Positions 1 through 8,096 of a stretch of 20,000 nt of DNA are shown piece after piece. The notes under the pieces are model-generated. The model was not told the origin of the DNA. It was given only the letters and a program-made list of their open reading frames with translations, and ran no database searches. The translations under genes and the position numbers were made by a program. The stretch's first letter is position 1, and each line of letters starts with the position of its first letter. The DNA comes from an uncultured virus (IMG/VR IMGVR_UViG_3300025572_000450) (lineage: Duplodnaviria; Heunggongvirae; Uroviricota; Caudoviricetes). The stretch is from the IMG/VR virus record IMGVR_UViG_3300025572_000450; one strand, 5' to 3'.

Positions 1-219
1 CAACGGCCTCCAGATCGAGTGGCTTTGATCTATTTGATTGATCGCATTATGGGCAAGCCAACCGAGCGGCGCGAGCTCAGCGGACCAGAGCGCGGCCCTA
101 TTCCAGTAGAAACATTTGACTATGGCACTGCTATTGCCGCGATTGCGGATGGATCAGACGAGGATAGCGAAGCATCCAGCGAAGACGCAAGTCTTGGCGA
201 TGGGGAGGCGATGGGGTAA
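1..219 (+). CDS. terS: Terminase small subunit, C-terminal part (5' truncated by window)
   Basis: Frame 1 is open from base 1 (QRPPDRVALIYLIDRIMGKPTERRELSGPERGPIPV...) to TAA at 217-219. The 'DRxxGKP...ELSGPxxGPI' pattern is typical of TerS C-termini, and the gene lies directly upstream of and overlapping TerL. Confidence 0.7.
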   Translation, partial: QRPPDRVALIYLIDRIMGKPTERRELSGPERGPIPVETFDYGTAIAAIADGSDEDSEASSEDASLGDGEAMG

Positions 220-1330
220 GTCAACGCTTGGCGGTTCGCTGTCGCTGGCCTGCGCAAACGCTGGCGCGAAAGTTGCTTGGGTTGTGCCGACTTATAAAAA
301 CGGTCGACCGCTCTGGCGTTGGGCCGAGGCCACCGTTGCACCCGTGCGGCGTTTGGGCGTCGATATCAGCCGATCGGAGCGAATGATATCGTTTCCATCG
401 GGAGGATTTCTGGGGATCTATTCGGCTGACAACCCAACAAGCATCTTGGGCGACTCGTTCCATTTAGTGGTTATCGACGAGGCCGCCCGAATCGCTGAAG
501 AGGTGTGGACCGAAACCCTCTTGCCGACACTGGCCGACTACGACGGGCGCGCCCTGCTGATCAGTTCGCCGCGTGGTCGAAACTGGTTTTACAACGAATG
601 GTGTCGTGGTCAACGACCAAACAGCGAGATTAAAAGCTGGCGAGCGCCGACCTCGGCCAACCCAAACCCGCGCATTCAGCGAGCGGCCCAGCTGGCCCGG
701 GAGCGTATTCCAAACGCTGTTTATCGCCAAGAGTGGAATGCCGAGTTTGTTGAAGATGGTCTTACCCTCTTTCGCCTGGTCGATGTTGAGCACGCCGAGA
801 TCGATGCGGTCGGTGATCAGCCTAAGCAAGAGGGCCATAGCTATCTGACCAGTGTGGATATTGGCCGCCGGCAAGATGCAACCATTATCAACACGTTCGA
901 CACAACAAAAGAGCCATTCCAGCGCGTAGCCTTCGAGCGCCTAGAGCGCGTACCTTATCCCGTTATTCAAAGCCATATCGAACGGCGCTGGAAGCAATAC
1001 GGCGGCGCGCTGGTGATCGAATCGAACGGTGTTGGTGATCCAGTCATTGAAAACTTGAGGGTGCCAGCAACGCCATTTGTAACCAGCAGCCGCACCAAAG
1101 TGCAGGCGATCGAAGCGCTGCAGCTGTTGTTAGAAAAAGGTCGCCTCAAAGCCAAGTGGGATCAGCGCGAACGATCAGAGCTCGACAAAGCCGCCTGGGA
1201 TGATGACCATACCGCCGACGAGATTATGAGCTTGGCGATCGGTGCCTATCAGCTACAAAATAACCTAGATGTAAGTCAATGGATTCAACGATATCAGACA
1301 GCACGAGGCCAACATGCCGACGCCACCTAA
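122..1330 (+). CDS. terL: Terminase large subunit
   Basis: Walker A MGRRWGKS, Walker B LVVIDEAA, coupling motif ISSPRG, 'YRQEWNAEF', RNase H-like nuclease acidic motifs SVDIGRRQD, IESNGVG and DDHTADEIMSLA. ATG 122 preferred over TTG 116. Confidence 0.95.
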   Translation: MALLLPRLRMDQTRIAKHPAKTQVLAMGRRWGKSTLGGSLSLACANAGAKVAWVVPTYKNGRPLWRWAEATVAPVRRLGVDISRSERMISFPSGGFLGIYSADNPTSILGDSFHLVVIDEAARIAEEVWTETLLPTLADYDGRALLISSPRGRNWFYNEWCRGQRPNSEIKSWRAPTSANPNPRIQRAAQLARERIPNAVYRQEWNAEFVEDGLTLFRLVDVEHAEIDAVGDQPKQEGHSYLTSVDIGRRQDATIINTFDTTKEPFQRVAFERLERVPYPVIQSHIERRWKQYGGALVIESNGVGDPVIENLRVPATPFVTSSRTKVQAIEALQLLLEKGRLKAKWDQRERSELDKAAWDDDHTADEIMSLAIGAYQLQNNLDVSQWIQRYQTARGQHADAT

Positions 1331-3434
1331 TGGACGAATAATAGATCTAAGCTATGCCGCTGCGCGGATCGCCGATCGCGTGATCGGCTCGAATTTCAGC
1401 AGCTTGATGGCGACGCGCTTTGGGCCGGGCCAGCCTATCGCGCCGACGGCGAGCGCAAGCGACCAGGCCGCCGGGCCGCGCCAGTTCCAATATCCGGTTG
1501 CGGTCAATACCAACATTGTCACGCCTCGGCGCGAGTATCCCCAACTTACGCCCTTTGAGCAGTTGCGCAGCCTAGCGGCATCGTATGACGTCGCCTCCTT
1601 GTGCATTGCTACTATCACTGACATTGTGTCTAACCTCGAATTGCAGATCGTTGCCAAGAACAAGAAAGAGCAGGCCGCCGAAAATGGAACCTGCGACGCG
1701 CTGCGCGATTGGTTTAGCAAGCCCGATAAAGTCAACGATTTAAGCTCTTGGCTCACCATGCTGATCTATGACCAGCTGGTGCTCGATGCCTTGACGATCT
1801 ATCCAAGGCGAGCCCAGGGCGGCGGCCTGTGGGGCCTTGAAGTGGTCGACGGCTCGACGATCAAGCCGCTGCTCGATACACGCGGCCAAGTAGCCGCTTA
1901 TCAGCAGATTCTCTTTGGTACACCATGGAGCAACTACGAACGATCCGACGGCGCGCCCGACGATGACGACTTCCCGCAGTTCAGCACGCAAGAGCTGCTG
2001 TATAAGCCGCGTTGGACCCGTACCATCACGCCCTATGGCTTTCCACCCACAGAGCGCATCATTATTCGCGTCAATATGGCGCTGCGCAAGCAAACCCAAG
2101 ACCTGAGCCGCTTCACCGATAGCAATATCCCCGCTGGTGTGATGTCACCGCCCGACGGCATTATGAACCCTGAACAGGTGGCCGCTTGGGAAGAATGGTG
2201 GAATGCCAAGCTGGCCGGTAGCGACGTTGCGCGATCGCGAATTGTGTTTTCGCCTTGGAAGGGTAACTTTATTCCCTTCAGCGAATTGTCTGAAGGTGGT
2301 CGCTACGAAAGTGCGCTCGACGAGTGGATGCTCAAAGTAACCTGCGCAGCCTACGGTGTGCCGCCCCAAGAGCTTGGCTTCACCGCCGATATCAACAAGG
2401 CCACCGGTGAGATTCAGCAGAATGCGCTCTATCGGCGCTGTATTATTCCGCTGACACAATGGTTGGTACGAACGATCTTTAATCCGATTATTCAATCTCC
2501 TGAATATCTTGGCCAGCCTCAGCTGGAAGCGAAATTCGAGTATGGCGAAAGCGCGGACTCGCTCAAGCAGGCCCAAGAAGACAGGATCTATTTTGACACT
2601 GGCGCAGTCTCTAGCGACGAACTGCGCGCTATGCGCTATCCCGACTTGGAAGGGAAAGCGCCCGGTGTGCCTGTTACCCCAACTGCTCCAGTGTCTGCAC
2701 CTAATCCTGCTCCTATCGAGCAAATGGCCAAAGCCGAGATTAGCAAGGTCGGCGATGAACAAGAGCCGCCCCACGAGCGCGAGCGCCGCCAGTGGGAGAA
2801 CAAGTTGCTCACTTGGCTGACCGAGATCTATGGCCGCCAGGCTGAGCGGATTCGCGACGCGCTGCGCGAGGCTGGCGATGCAATCAATATTGACGAGATC
2901 TTTGCCAGTGAGACGCTGGCCATCTTGCGCGATATCTTGCCCCACTATGATGACATTCTCAGCAATGCCGCTGTGTTGGCATTCGACGAGGTGCCGATCG
3001 GCGTTGACTGGGATCTGGTTAATAGCGCGGTGTTCGATCTAGCCAAGCAAGAGGCCCAACGCTTTGCAAGCGAAGTCAGCGAGACCAGCAAGGCCCAGAC
3101 CGCCAAGCTTATTGCCGATTGGATCGAAACCGGCGGCACCATGGATGAACTGATCGAGCGTGTTGGGCGCGTTTGGAGCGGGCCGCGTGCTGATGTAGCC
3201 GCTATCACAGAAGTGACTCGCCTGTTTGCCGCTGGCAACCGTGCTGCTTGGCAGGCCTCGGGCGTTGTGCAATCGCTGCAATGGAAGACCGCCAACGATG
3301 AACGGGTGTGCCCGGTCTGTGGGCCGCTCCACAATAGCGAGCTAGCGCTTGATAGCACGGCCATTCCCCCGGCGCACCCGCGCTGTCGCTGTTGGATTGT
3401 GCCGATCGTCAAGCCGATTCCCAAGCGAGGCTAA
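1314..3434 (+). CDS. Portal protein (HK97-like) fused to a C-terminal MuF/SPP1 gp7-like head morphogenesis domain
   Basis: The first ~445 aa carry portal hallmarks (DGSTIKPLLD, YGFPPTE, NIPAGVM, CAAYGVPPQELG, YFDTGAVSSDELR). A Pro-rich linker follows, then the MuF motif WKTANDERVCPVC...PPAHPRCRC. Position after TerL. Confidence 0.9.
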   Translation: MPTPPNGRIIDLSYAAARIADRVIGSNFSSLMATRFGPGQPIAPTASASDQAAGPRQFQYPVAVNTNIVTPRREYPQLTPFEQLRSLAASYDVASLCIATITDIVSNLELQIVAKNKKEQAAENGTCDALRDWFSKPDKVNDLSSWLTMLIYDQLVLDALTIYPRRAQGGGLWGLEVVDGSTIKPLLDTRGQVAAYQQILFGTPWSNYERSDGAPDDDDFPQFSTQELLYKPRWTRTITPYGFPPTERIIIRVNMALRKQTQDLSRFTDSNIPAGVMSPPDGIMNPEQVAAWEEWWNAKLAGSDVARSRIVFSPWKGNFIPFSELSEGGRYESALDEWMLKVTCAAYGVPPQELGFTADINKATGEIQQNALYRRCIIPLTQWLVRTIFNPIIQSPEYLGQPQLEAKFEYGESADSLKQAQEDRIYFDTGAVSSDELRAMRYPDLEGKAPGVPVTPTAPVSAPNPAPIEQMAKAEISKVGDEQEPPHERERRQWENKLLTWLTEIYGRQAERIRDALREAGDAINIDEIFASETLAILRDILPHYDDILSNAAVLAFDEVPIGVDWDLVNSAVFDLAKQEAQRFASEVSETSKAQTAKLIADWIETGGTMDELIERVGRVWSGPRADVAAITEVTRLFAAGNRAAWQASGVVQSLQWKTANDERVCPVCGPLHNSELALDSTAIPPAHPRCRCWIVPIVKPIPKRG

Positions 3435-3436
3435 GT

Positions 3437-3838
3437 ATGCCAATCGAAGTAGTTGGCCTGAATGAAACAATCAAGGATTGCCAAGAGGCACCAGAGCTGA
3501 TCAAAGAGCTGCTGCTACCAGCGATGGAAGCATCGCTCTTATCGTTGCTGCCAGATCTGGCAGACTATCCGCCAGCGCGCCCTACAAGTGACCGCAAAGG
3601 CATTCTAGCGAAGTTTTGGACAACCGCCAAACCTGAATTTACATCACTGGCAAGCGGCTTTGAAGGCAGTGTTGGCAATAAGCTGCATTACGCTCCTTTT
3701 GTTCAAGGATCGCCGCAGGCTCGCCCATTTCGCGGCTGGTGGAATGAAGCCGAGAAGGTTCTACAAAAACATAAGCCAGATATTGAAGCGCGATTACAAG
3801 CCGCCATAGAGGATATCAACCTAGAATTAGGCAGATAG
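3437..3838 (+). CDS. HK97 gp10-like / virion morphogenesis (tail completion-type) protein
   Basis: ATG at 3437, 2 nt after the portal stop. Pattern 'IEVVGL...VGNKLHYAPFVQG...W' and 133 aa size fit HK97 gp10-like proteins. Confidence 0.6.
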   Translation: MPIEVVGLNETIKDCQEAPELIKELLLPAMEASLLSLLPDLADYPPARPTSDRKGILAKFWTTAKPEFTSLASGFEGSVGNKLHYAPFVQGSPQARPFRGWWNEAEKVLQKHKPDIEARLQAAIEDINLELGR

Positions 3839-3841
3839 CGT

Positions 3842-4039
3842 ATGCAAACTAAATATGCTACAATACCAAGAGACGAACAAACGAGCGCACCAAACGACAT
3901 TGTTGAACTACGCGGACCATCAGGAAGGCTGTATGGACGCCTCAATCTACAAACACTCGAATTAGAGGTAAAGTGTAAGAACGAAGCGCCAGAGCGCATC
4001 GATCTACGCCAATTCCTTCAAGCTAGCAAGCTAGCCTAA
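3842..4039 (+). CDS. Small protein resembling a degenerate Mu Com-type zinc-ribbon regulator
   Basis: 65 aa. ELRGPSGRLYGRL...LEVKCKN parallels the Com pattern ELRCxxCxKLL...IEIKCxRC but retains only one Cys. Located just before the protease gene. Confidence 0.45.
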   Translation: MQTKYATIPRDEQTSAPNDIVELRGPSGRLYGRLNLQTLELEVKCKNEAPERIDLRQFLQASKLA

Positions 4040-4052
4040 ATATCTTAGAGTA

Positions 4053-4107
4053 CTGTAAGTACCCCTTTCCCTTGCGGGATTGTGGGTACTTTTTATTTGG
4101 ATTACAG
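4053..4107 (+). promoter_or_regulatory. Structured leader / terminator-like hairpin upstream of protease start
   Basis: AAGTACCC (4057-4064) pairs with GGGTACTT (4084-4091), with inner TCCC-TTGC-GGGA (4068-4079) and a trailing T-rich run. CTGTAA (4053-4058) is complementary to TTACAG (4102-4107), next to ATG 4110. Confidence 0.6.
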
Positions 4108-4109
4108 CT

Positions 4110-5381
4110 ATGCCCTATCTCTTTACACCAATTGCCAAACAAGATACCGAGCAGCGGATTGTCTATGGCATCGCCTCGACCGATACCCTTGATAATCAGC
4201 CGGGTGTTATGGACGGCGTGTCCTACGCCGGCGATATTGTTGACCCAAGCGCAGTAAAAGACGCGCTCGACGATTACTTGCAGTGGGCCAACGTGCGTGA
4301 GATGCACAACCCGGTTGCGGCCGGTACCGCAATCGCTGCCGACGTGATCAACGGCAAGCTGATGCTAGCCGTCAAGGTAGTTGATGACACTGCTTGGAAG
4401 AAAGTTAGAGAGGGCGTCTACAAGGGTTTCTCGATCGGCGGGCGGGTTCTCAAGGCGGTTCTTGAAAAACTGCCCGATGGTCGCTACGTTCGCCGCATTC
4501 TGAAACTGCTTTTGACAGAGATCAGCCTGGTCGATCGGCCAGCGAATCCGGATGCTCGCATTCTCGTGTTTAAAGGAACCGCGATGGACAAAGAAGAAGA
4601 AGAGAAGACAGAAGAGTCGCCCCAAGCACTTGCAGCGCTCCAGAAGCTGGCCGAAAAGGTTGCGCCACAGCTCCAGCTCCAAAAAGCAAGTGCAGACCCG
4701 GCCAAGATCGTCGCCTTGATCCAAGCCGCTCGCAACGAGTGCGAACTGGGCGGCGATATGCAGGGCGCGCAACTCTACACCCAAGCGATCGCGCTGGTGA
4801 TGCAGGCCTCGGGTGAGGCTGACGCAACAACGGAAGCTAGCGAGACAGAGACGAGCGAGACAGAGACGAGCGAGGTCGTAGAGAGCGCAGGCGCGGTCGC
4901 CCTGGCCGCAAAGGCCACGCTCAAGAAGGCAGGTAAGGCGATTAGCAGCGAGCGCATGAACGCGCTCAAGCAGGCGGCCAAAGCCTTGGTGCAGATGGCT
5001 GCCGATGCAGGCGATGAAGAGTGCATGGCAGCGCTGAAGGCCTTTGGTGTTGGAGCATCGACCAACGAAGAAGGTGTCGAACTGGCGGCCAAAGCGATCA
5101 GCAGCGAGCTAGAGAAAGTGCTGACGCCGTTCGCAACTGTGCTTACCAGCATCGATGCTCGTTTGAGCAAAGTGGAAGCACAGCCGGTAGCAGGTGGTCC
5201 AGTGCTGCGAGCTGTCGAGAAGCAGCTCGGCTCGACCAAGACGTCGCAAAAGCCGCAGATGCCTAACCTTATCAAGGCTCAATTAGATGCACTGTGGCAG
5301 AAAGCGCACACTGATCCGAATCCTGCGAAGCGGTCAGACTATTTGAAGCAGCACAACGATCTGAAAGCGCAATACGAATAG
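4110..5381 (+). CDS. Prohead maturation protease (XkdF/HK97-type S78-like) with C-terminal scaffold-like region
   Basis: RIVYGIAST, GDIV, VREMH (catalytic His), GVYKGFSIGG (catalytic Ser), EISLVDRPANPDA, followed by ~265 aa Ala/Glu/Lys-rich helical region. ATG 4110 preferred over TTG 4080. Confidence 0.9.
   Translation: MPYLFTPIAKQDTEQRIVYGIASTDTLDNQPGVMDGVSYAGDIVDPSAVKDALDDYLQWANVREMHNPVAAGTAIAADVINGKLMLAVKVVDDTAWKKVREGVYKGFSIGGRVLKAVLEKLPDGRYVRRILKLLLTEISLVDRPANPDARILVFKGTAMDKEEEEKTEESPQALAALQKLAEKVAPQLQLQKASADPAKIVALIQAARNECELGGDMQGAQLYTQAIALVMQASGEADATTEASETETSETETSEVVESAGAVALAAKATLKKAGKAISSERMNALKQAAKALVQMAADAGDEECMAALKAFGVGASTNEEGVELAAKAISSELEKVLTPFATVLTSIDARLSKVEAQPVAGGPVLRAVEKQLGSTKTSQKPQMPNLIKAQLDALWQKAHTDPNPAKRSDYLKQHNDLKAQYE
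4584..5381 (+). CDS. Putative nested in-frame scaffolding protein
   Basis: AAAGGA (4572-4577) precedes an in-frame ATG at 4584 (MDKEEEEK...) exactly where the protease domain ends. Confidence 0.55.
   Translation: MDKEEEEKTEESPQALAALQKLAEKVAPQLQLQKASADPAKIVALIQAARNECELGGDMQGAQLYTQAIALVMQASGEADATTEASETETSETETSEVVESAGAVALAAKATLKKAGKAISSERMNALKQAAKALVQMAADAGDEECMAALKAFGVGASTNEEGVELAAKAISSELEKVLTPFATVLTSIDARLSKVEAQPVAGGPVLRAVEKQLGSTKTSQKPQMPNLIKAQLDALWQKAHTDPNPAKRSDYLKQHNDLKAQYE
4839..4874 (+). repeat. 15-bp tandem repeat AGCGAGACAGAGACG x2.4 (SETET SETET SE)
   Basis: Direct reading of the sequence; in-frame, within the acidic linker of the scaffold region. Confidence 0.9.
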
Positions 5382-5439
5382 TTCGTACTAGCGACGAAAT
5401 ACGCTCAATTTCTATTCGAGTTCTGAGGAGAAAAAGAAC

Positions 5440-7020
5440 ATGCCGCTGATTAATCAGGATGGTCGCGATGTGACCGCCGAAACCCTGCAATCCATTCACA
5501 AAATGATTCACGATACTGGCGTTGGTCCAGAGGGCGGCCCCGAGGATCTGCGCAAGGCTGCGGGTACGGTTACGCTAGCAAACAACCTTGTCGCCTACGA
5601 CCTTGAAGCCCCTGCCAAGAACCTCTATCCGGTACAGACGCCGTTGCGCAACCGTATTCCGCGCGAAACCAAGTCGAGCGGCGCTGGTACTGCGGCCCAC
5701 TGGAAAGAAGTTTCAGCAATCAAGGGCGGTTCAGCCTTGCCGTTTATGGGATGGGTGCCTGAAGGTCGGCGCGCTCCCCGTATGGAGATCACGACCGCCG
5801 ATCGCTCGGCCTCCTATGTCACATTTGGCCTAGAGAGCGATGTCACCTTCGAAGCCCAAAGCGCAGCTGCTGGCTTCGAAGACGAGTTGGCTGCTTCGGG
5901 TATGCGCCTGCTTCAGCAGACCATGATCATCGAAGAGAACGCGCTGCTTGGAGCAAACTGCAATGTTGCCCTCGGCACAACCGCAACGCCGACTCTGAGC
6001 GCCAGCGGGTCAAACGCGACTCTGCCGGCTGCCACCTACAGCGTGCGGGCGTTCGCATTGACCCATGAGGGCTACCTTATGGCGTCAATCACCGGCGGTA
6101 TCAAACGCTTGGAAGCAGTCACCAGCATGGACAATCGCGGCACCTATAACCTCTGTGGTGGCTCAAGCGCCGCCGGTGCGGCTGCCACCCAAGCCGTAAC
6201 CCTTGGCCAAACCCTCTTTGCTAGCATTCCTGCTATCAAAGGCGCGGTTGCCTATGCCTGGTATGTCGGCACGGCTGGCAACGAAAAGCTGGAGGCGATC
6301 ACCACTATTAATAGTGCCGCCTTCTCTGAACCACTCCTTGGCACCGGTCAGCCGCTTTCCGATATCACCGATCCTACCGTTGACCGCTCGTTTAACGATG
6401 GCTCCAGCAACGGCAGCCAGGCCGCTGCCTTCAATGGTCTACTCTACGCCGCTTGGAAGTCACCACTCGCCTATTACAAAGTTATGCCCACCGGCACGGC
6501 TGGCACCGGCACTACCTTAACCGCTTCAGGCCGAGGTACGGTCACCGAGATCGACGAGGTTCTGCGTTCGTACTGGGATCTCTACAAGATCTCGCCCGAC
6601 GAGATCTATGTCAGCGCTCAGGAACTGACCACGATCTACAAGCTCTGCTTTGTGAATGGCTCGAACCCGTTCATTCGCTTCAATATCAACCCTGGTCAGT
6701 CGGTTAGTGAATTTACGGCTGGTGCGATCATCGGCACCTACGTCAACCCCTATTCGCTTGACGGCGGCCAATCGATCCCGATCCGCCTGCACCCGAATAT
6801 GGCCCCTGGCACGATCCTGTTTTGGTGCCAAGATCTGCCAGCCCACTACCAGTCAGCCAACGTGCCACAGGTCGCCAAGGTGCAGTGCCGCCGAGACTAC
6901 TACCAGATCCCTTGGCCGATTATCGCCCGTACCAACGAAACTGGCGTCTATGTCGAGGAAGTTTTGAAGGTGTACGCGCCGTTCGCATTGGCCACTATAA
7001 CCAATATCGCGCCGGCCTAA
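5440..7020 (+). CDS. Major capsid protein with inserted beta-rich domain
   Basis: Strong RBS GAGGAG. Follows protease/scaffold. N-terminal LVAYDLEAPAKNLYPVQTPLRNRIPR, 'EENALLG' helix and C-terminal 'GVYVEEVLKVYAPFALATITNI' fit HK97-fold capsids. Confidence 0.88.
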   Translation: MPLINQDGRDVTAETLQSIHKMIHDTGVGPEGGPEDLRKAAGTVTLANNLVAYDLEAPAKNLYPVQTPLRNRIPRETKSSGAGTAAHWKEVSAIKGGSALPFMGWVPEGRRAPRMEITTADRSASYVTFGLESDVTFEAQSAAAGFEDELAASGMRLLQQTMIIEENALLGANCNVALGTTATPTLSASGSNATLPAATYSVRAFALTHEGYLMASITGGIKRLEAVTSMDNRGTYNLCGGSSAAGAAATQAVTLGQTLFASIPAIKGAVAYAWYVGTAGNEKLEAITTINSAAFSEPLLGTGQPLSDITDPTVDRSFNDGSSNGSQAAAFNGLLYAAWKSPLAYYKVMPTGTAGTGTTLTASGRGTVTEIDEVLRSYWDLYKISPDEIYVSAQELTTIYKLCFVNGSNPFIRFNINPGQSVSEFTAGAIIGTYVNPYSLDGGQSIPIRLHPNMAPGTILFWCQDLPAHYQSANVPQVAKVQCRRDYYQIPWPIIARTNETGVYVEEVLKVYAPFALATITNIAPA

Positions 7021-7072
7021 TCCGATCTGGTGATCGGTTTGAATACGCGCTTGAACTCCTAAGGAGCATGCT

Positions 7073-7279
7073 ATGAGCGATACAAACAACGACGGGCAGC
7101 AACCCGACAATACCAAATCTGAAAAAGCCAAGAAGAAGAGCGATCTGGTGCGCTTACAGCACGCGATCGACTACGATGGCGAGTTGGTTTGTGAAAAGAC
7201 CAGCTACCCGGTTGTAGCTGGAGCGGTCGAGGTCAATCCCTGGCATGTTGAACATGCCAAGCAAGCAGGATTTCGCTAA
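7073..7279 (+). CDS. Small hypothetical virion-module protein
   Basis: RBS AAGGAG, 68 aa, between MCP and adaptor. Confidence 0.7.
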   Translation: MSDTNNDGQQPDNTKSEKAKKKSDLVRLQHAIDYDGELVCEKTSYPVVAGAVEVNPWHVEHAKQAGFR

Positions 7280-7282
7280 GCC

Positions 7283-7885
7283 GTGATCGACTACACCACA
7301 CCAGCCGCCGTGTTTGCATACGGCAATAGCGCAGGTGCAGGCAATGATCCGGTCGACGAGGCTGCGCTGATGGCCCAGTTGGTCACTGCCTATAGCCGCG
7401 CTGTGGATCAGTACTGCAATCAGGTGTTTAGCCAGGCGAGCTACACCAATCACGTCGAGCGCGCGCTCGTCGACGAGAACGGCGTACTGACCTGCTATCC
7501 CGCTGTGCCAACAATCAGCGCAATTAGCGCTATGGGGGTGCGCACTGGTGTGAGTTTCTCTCCGATCGATCTCGGCACTATCGATATTGAAGCAAACAGT
7601 TTTGGGTGTGTTGTGCGCGTGTTGGGCCAAAGCTTCGCAGGCCTGCGCGGTCGGCCAAACTTACGGGTGCGACTAAGTTACACCGGCGGTTGGGCCAACC
7701 TTGCCGCAGTTCCGCAAAACTTTCAGTGGGCCGTGACCGCCCTCTGTTGGTGGGCCTACCAAAAGCGCTCTGCACCGATCGATAAGACCGCCTACCCCGA
7801 TGTAGGCATGGTCATTATTCCATCGAATTGGCCAACCCATATTAAGCAGATGCTCCAGCCTTATGTGCGTTGGATACCGATGTAG
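7283..7885 (+). CDS. Head-tail adaptor (HK97 gp6/SPP1 gp15-like, large type)
   Basis: SRAVDQYCNQVF, VRLSYTGGWANLAAVPQNFQWAV...YQKR, WPTHIKQMLQPY pattern; position after MCP. Confidence 0.8.
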   Translation: MIDYTTPAAVFAYGNSAGAGNDPVDEAALMAQLVTAYSRAVDQYCNQVFSQASYTNHVERALVDENGVLTCYPAVPTISAISAMGVRTGVSFSPIDLGTIDIEANSFGCVVRVLGQSFAGLRGRPNLRVRLSYTGGWANLAAVPQNFQWAVTALCWWAYQKRSAPIDKTAYPDVGMVIIPSNWPTHIKQMLQPYVRWIPM

Positions 7886-7898
7886 GAGATGAAAAAGC

Positions 7899-8096
7899 AT
7901 GTCAGAGAAACCAAAGCAACAGCCAAGTATTGGGCGCGTCGTTCACTTCGTGAATGGGGACCAGCACGTACCGGCCCTGATCACCGATCCGAACCATAAC
8001 GACCAGGGCGAGTGTGCGCTTGTGGCCGCGTTCGATCCCGAGGGTGCGCCGGCAACCTGGCACTGGCCAGAGTATGTACCAGCGGTAGCTCAGTGA
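7899..8096 (+). CDS. Conserved small phage protein (PSIGRxVH...WHWP type), function unknown
   Basis: RBS AGGAG; motifs PSIGRVVHF, PALIT, TWHWPE. Confidence 0.75.
   Translation: MSEKPKQQPSIGRVVHFVNGDQHVPALITDPNHNDQGECALVAAFDPEGAPATWHWPEYVPAVAQ

Noticed and set aside
2145..2945. 266-aa minus-strand ORF (and other antisense ORFs across 221-16800)
   Set aside because: Shadow frames of well-supported + strand phage genes; no recognisable motifs.
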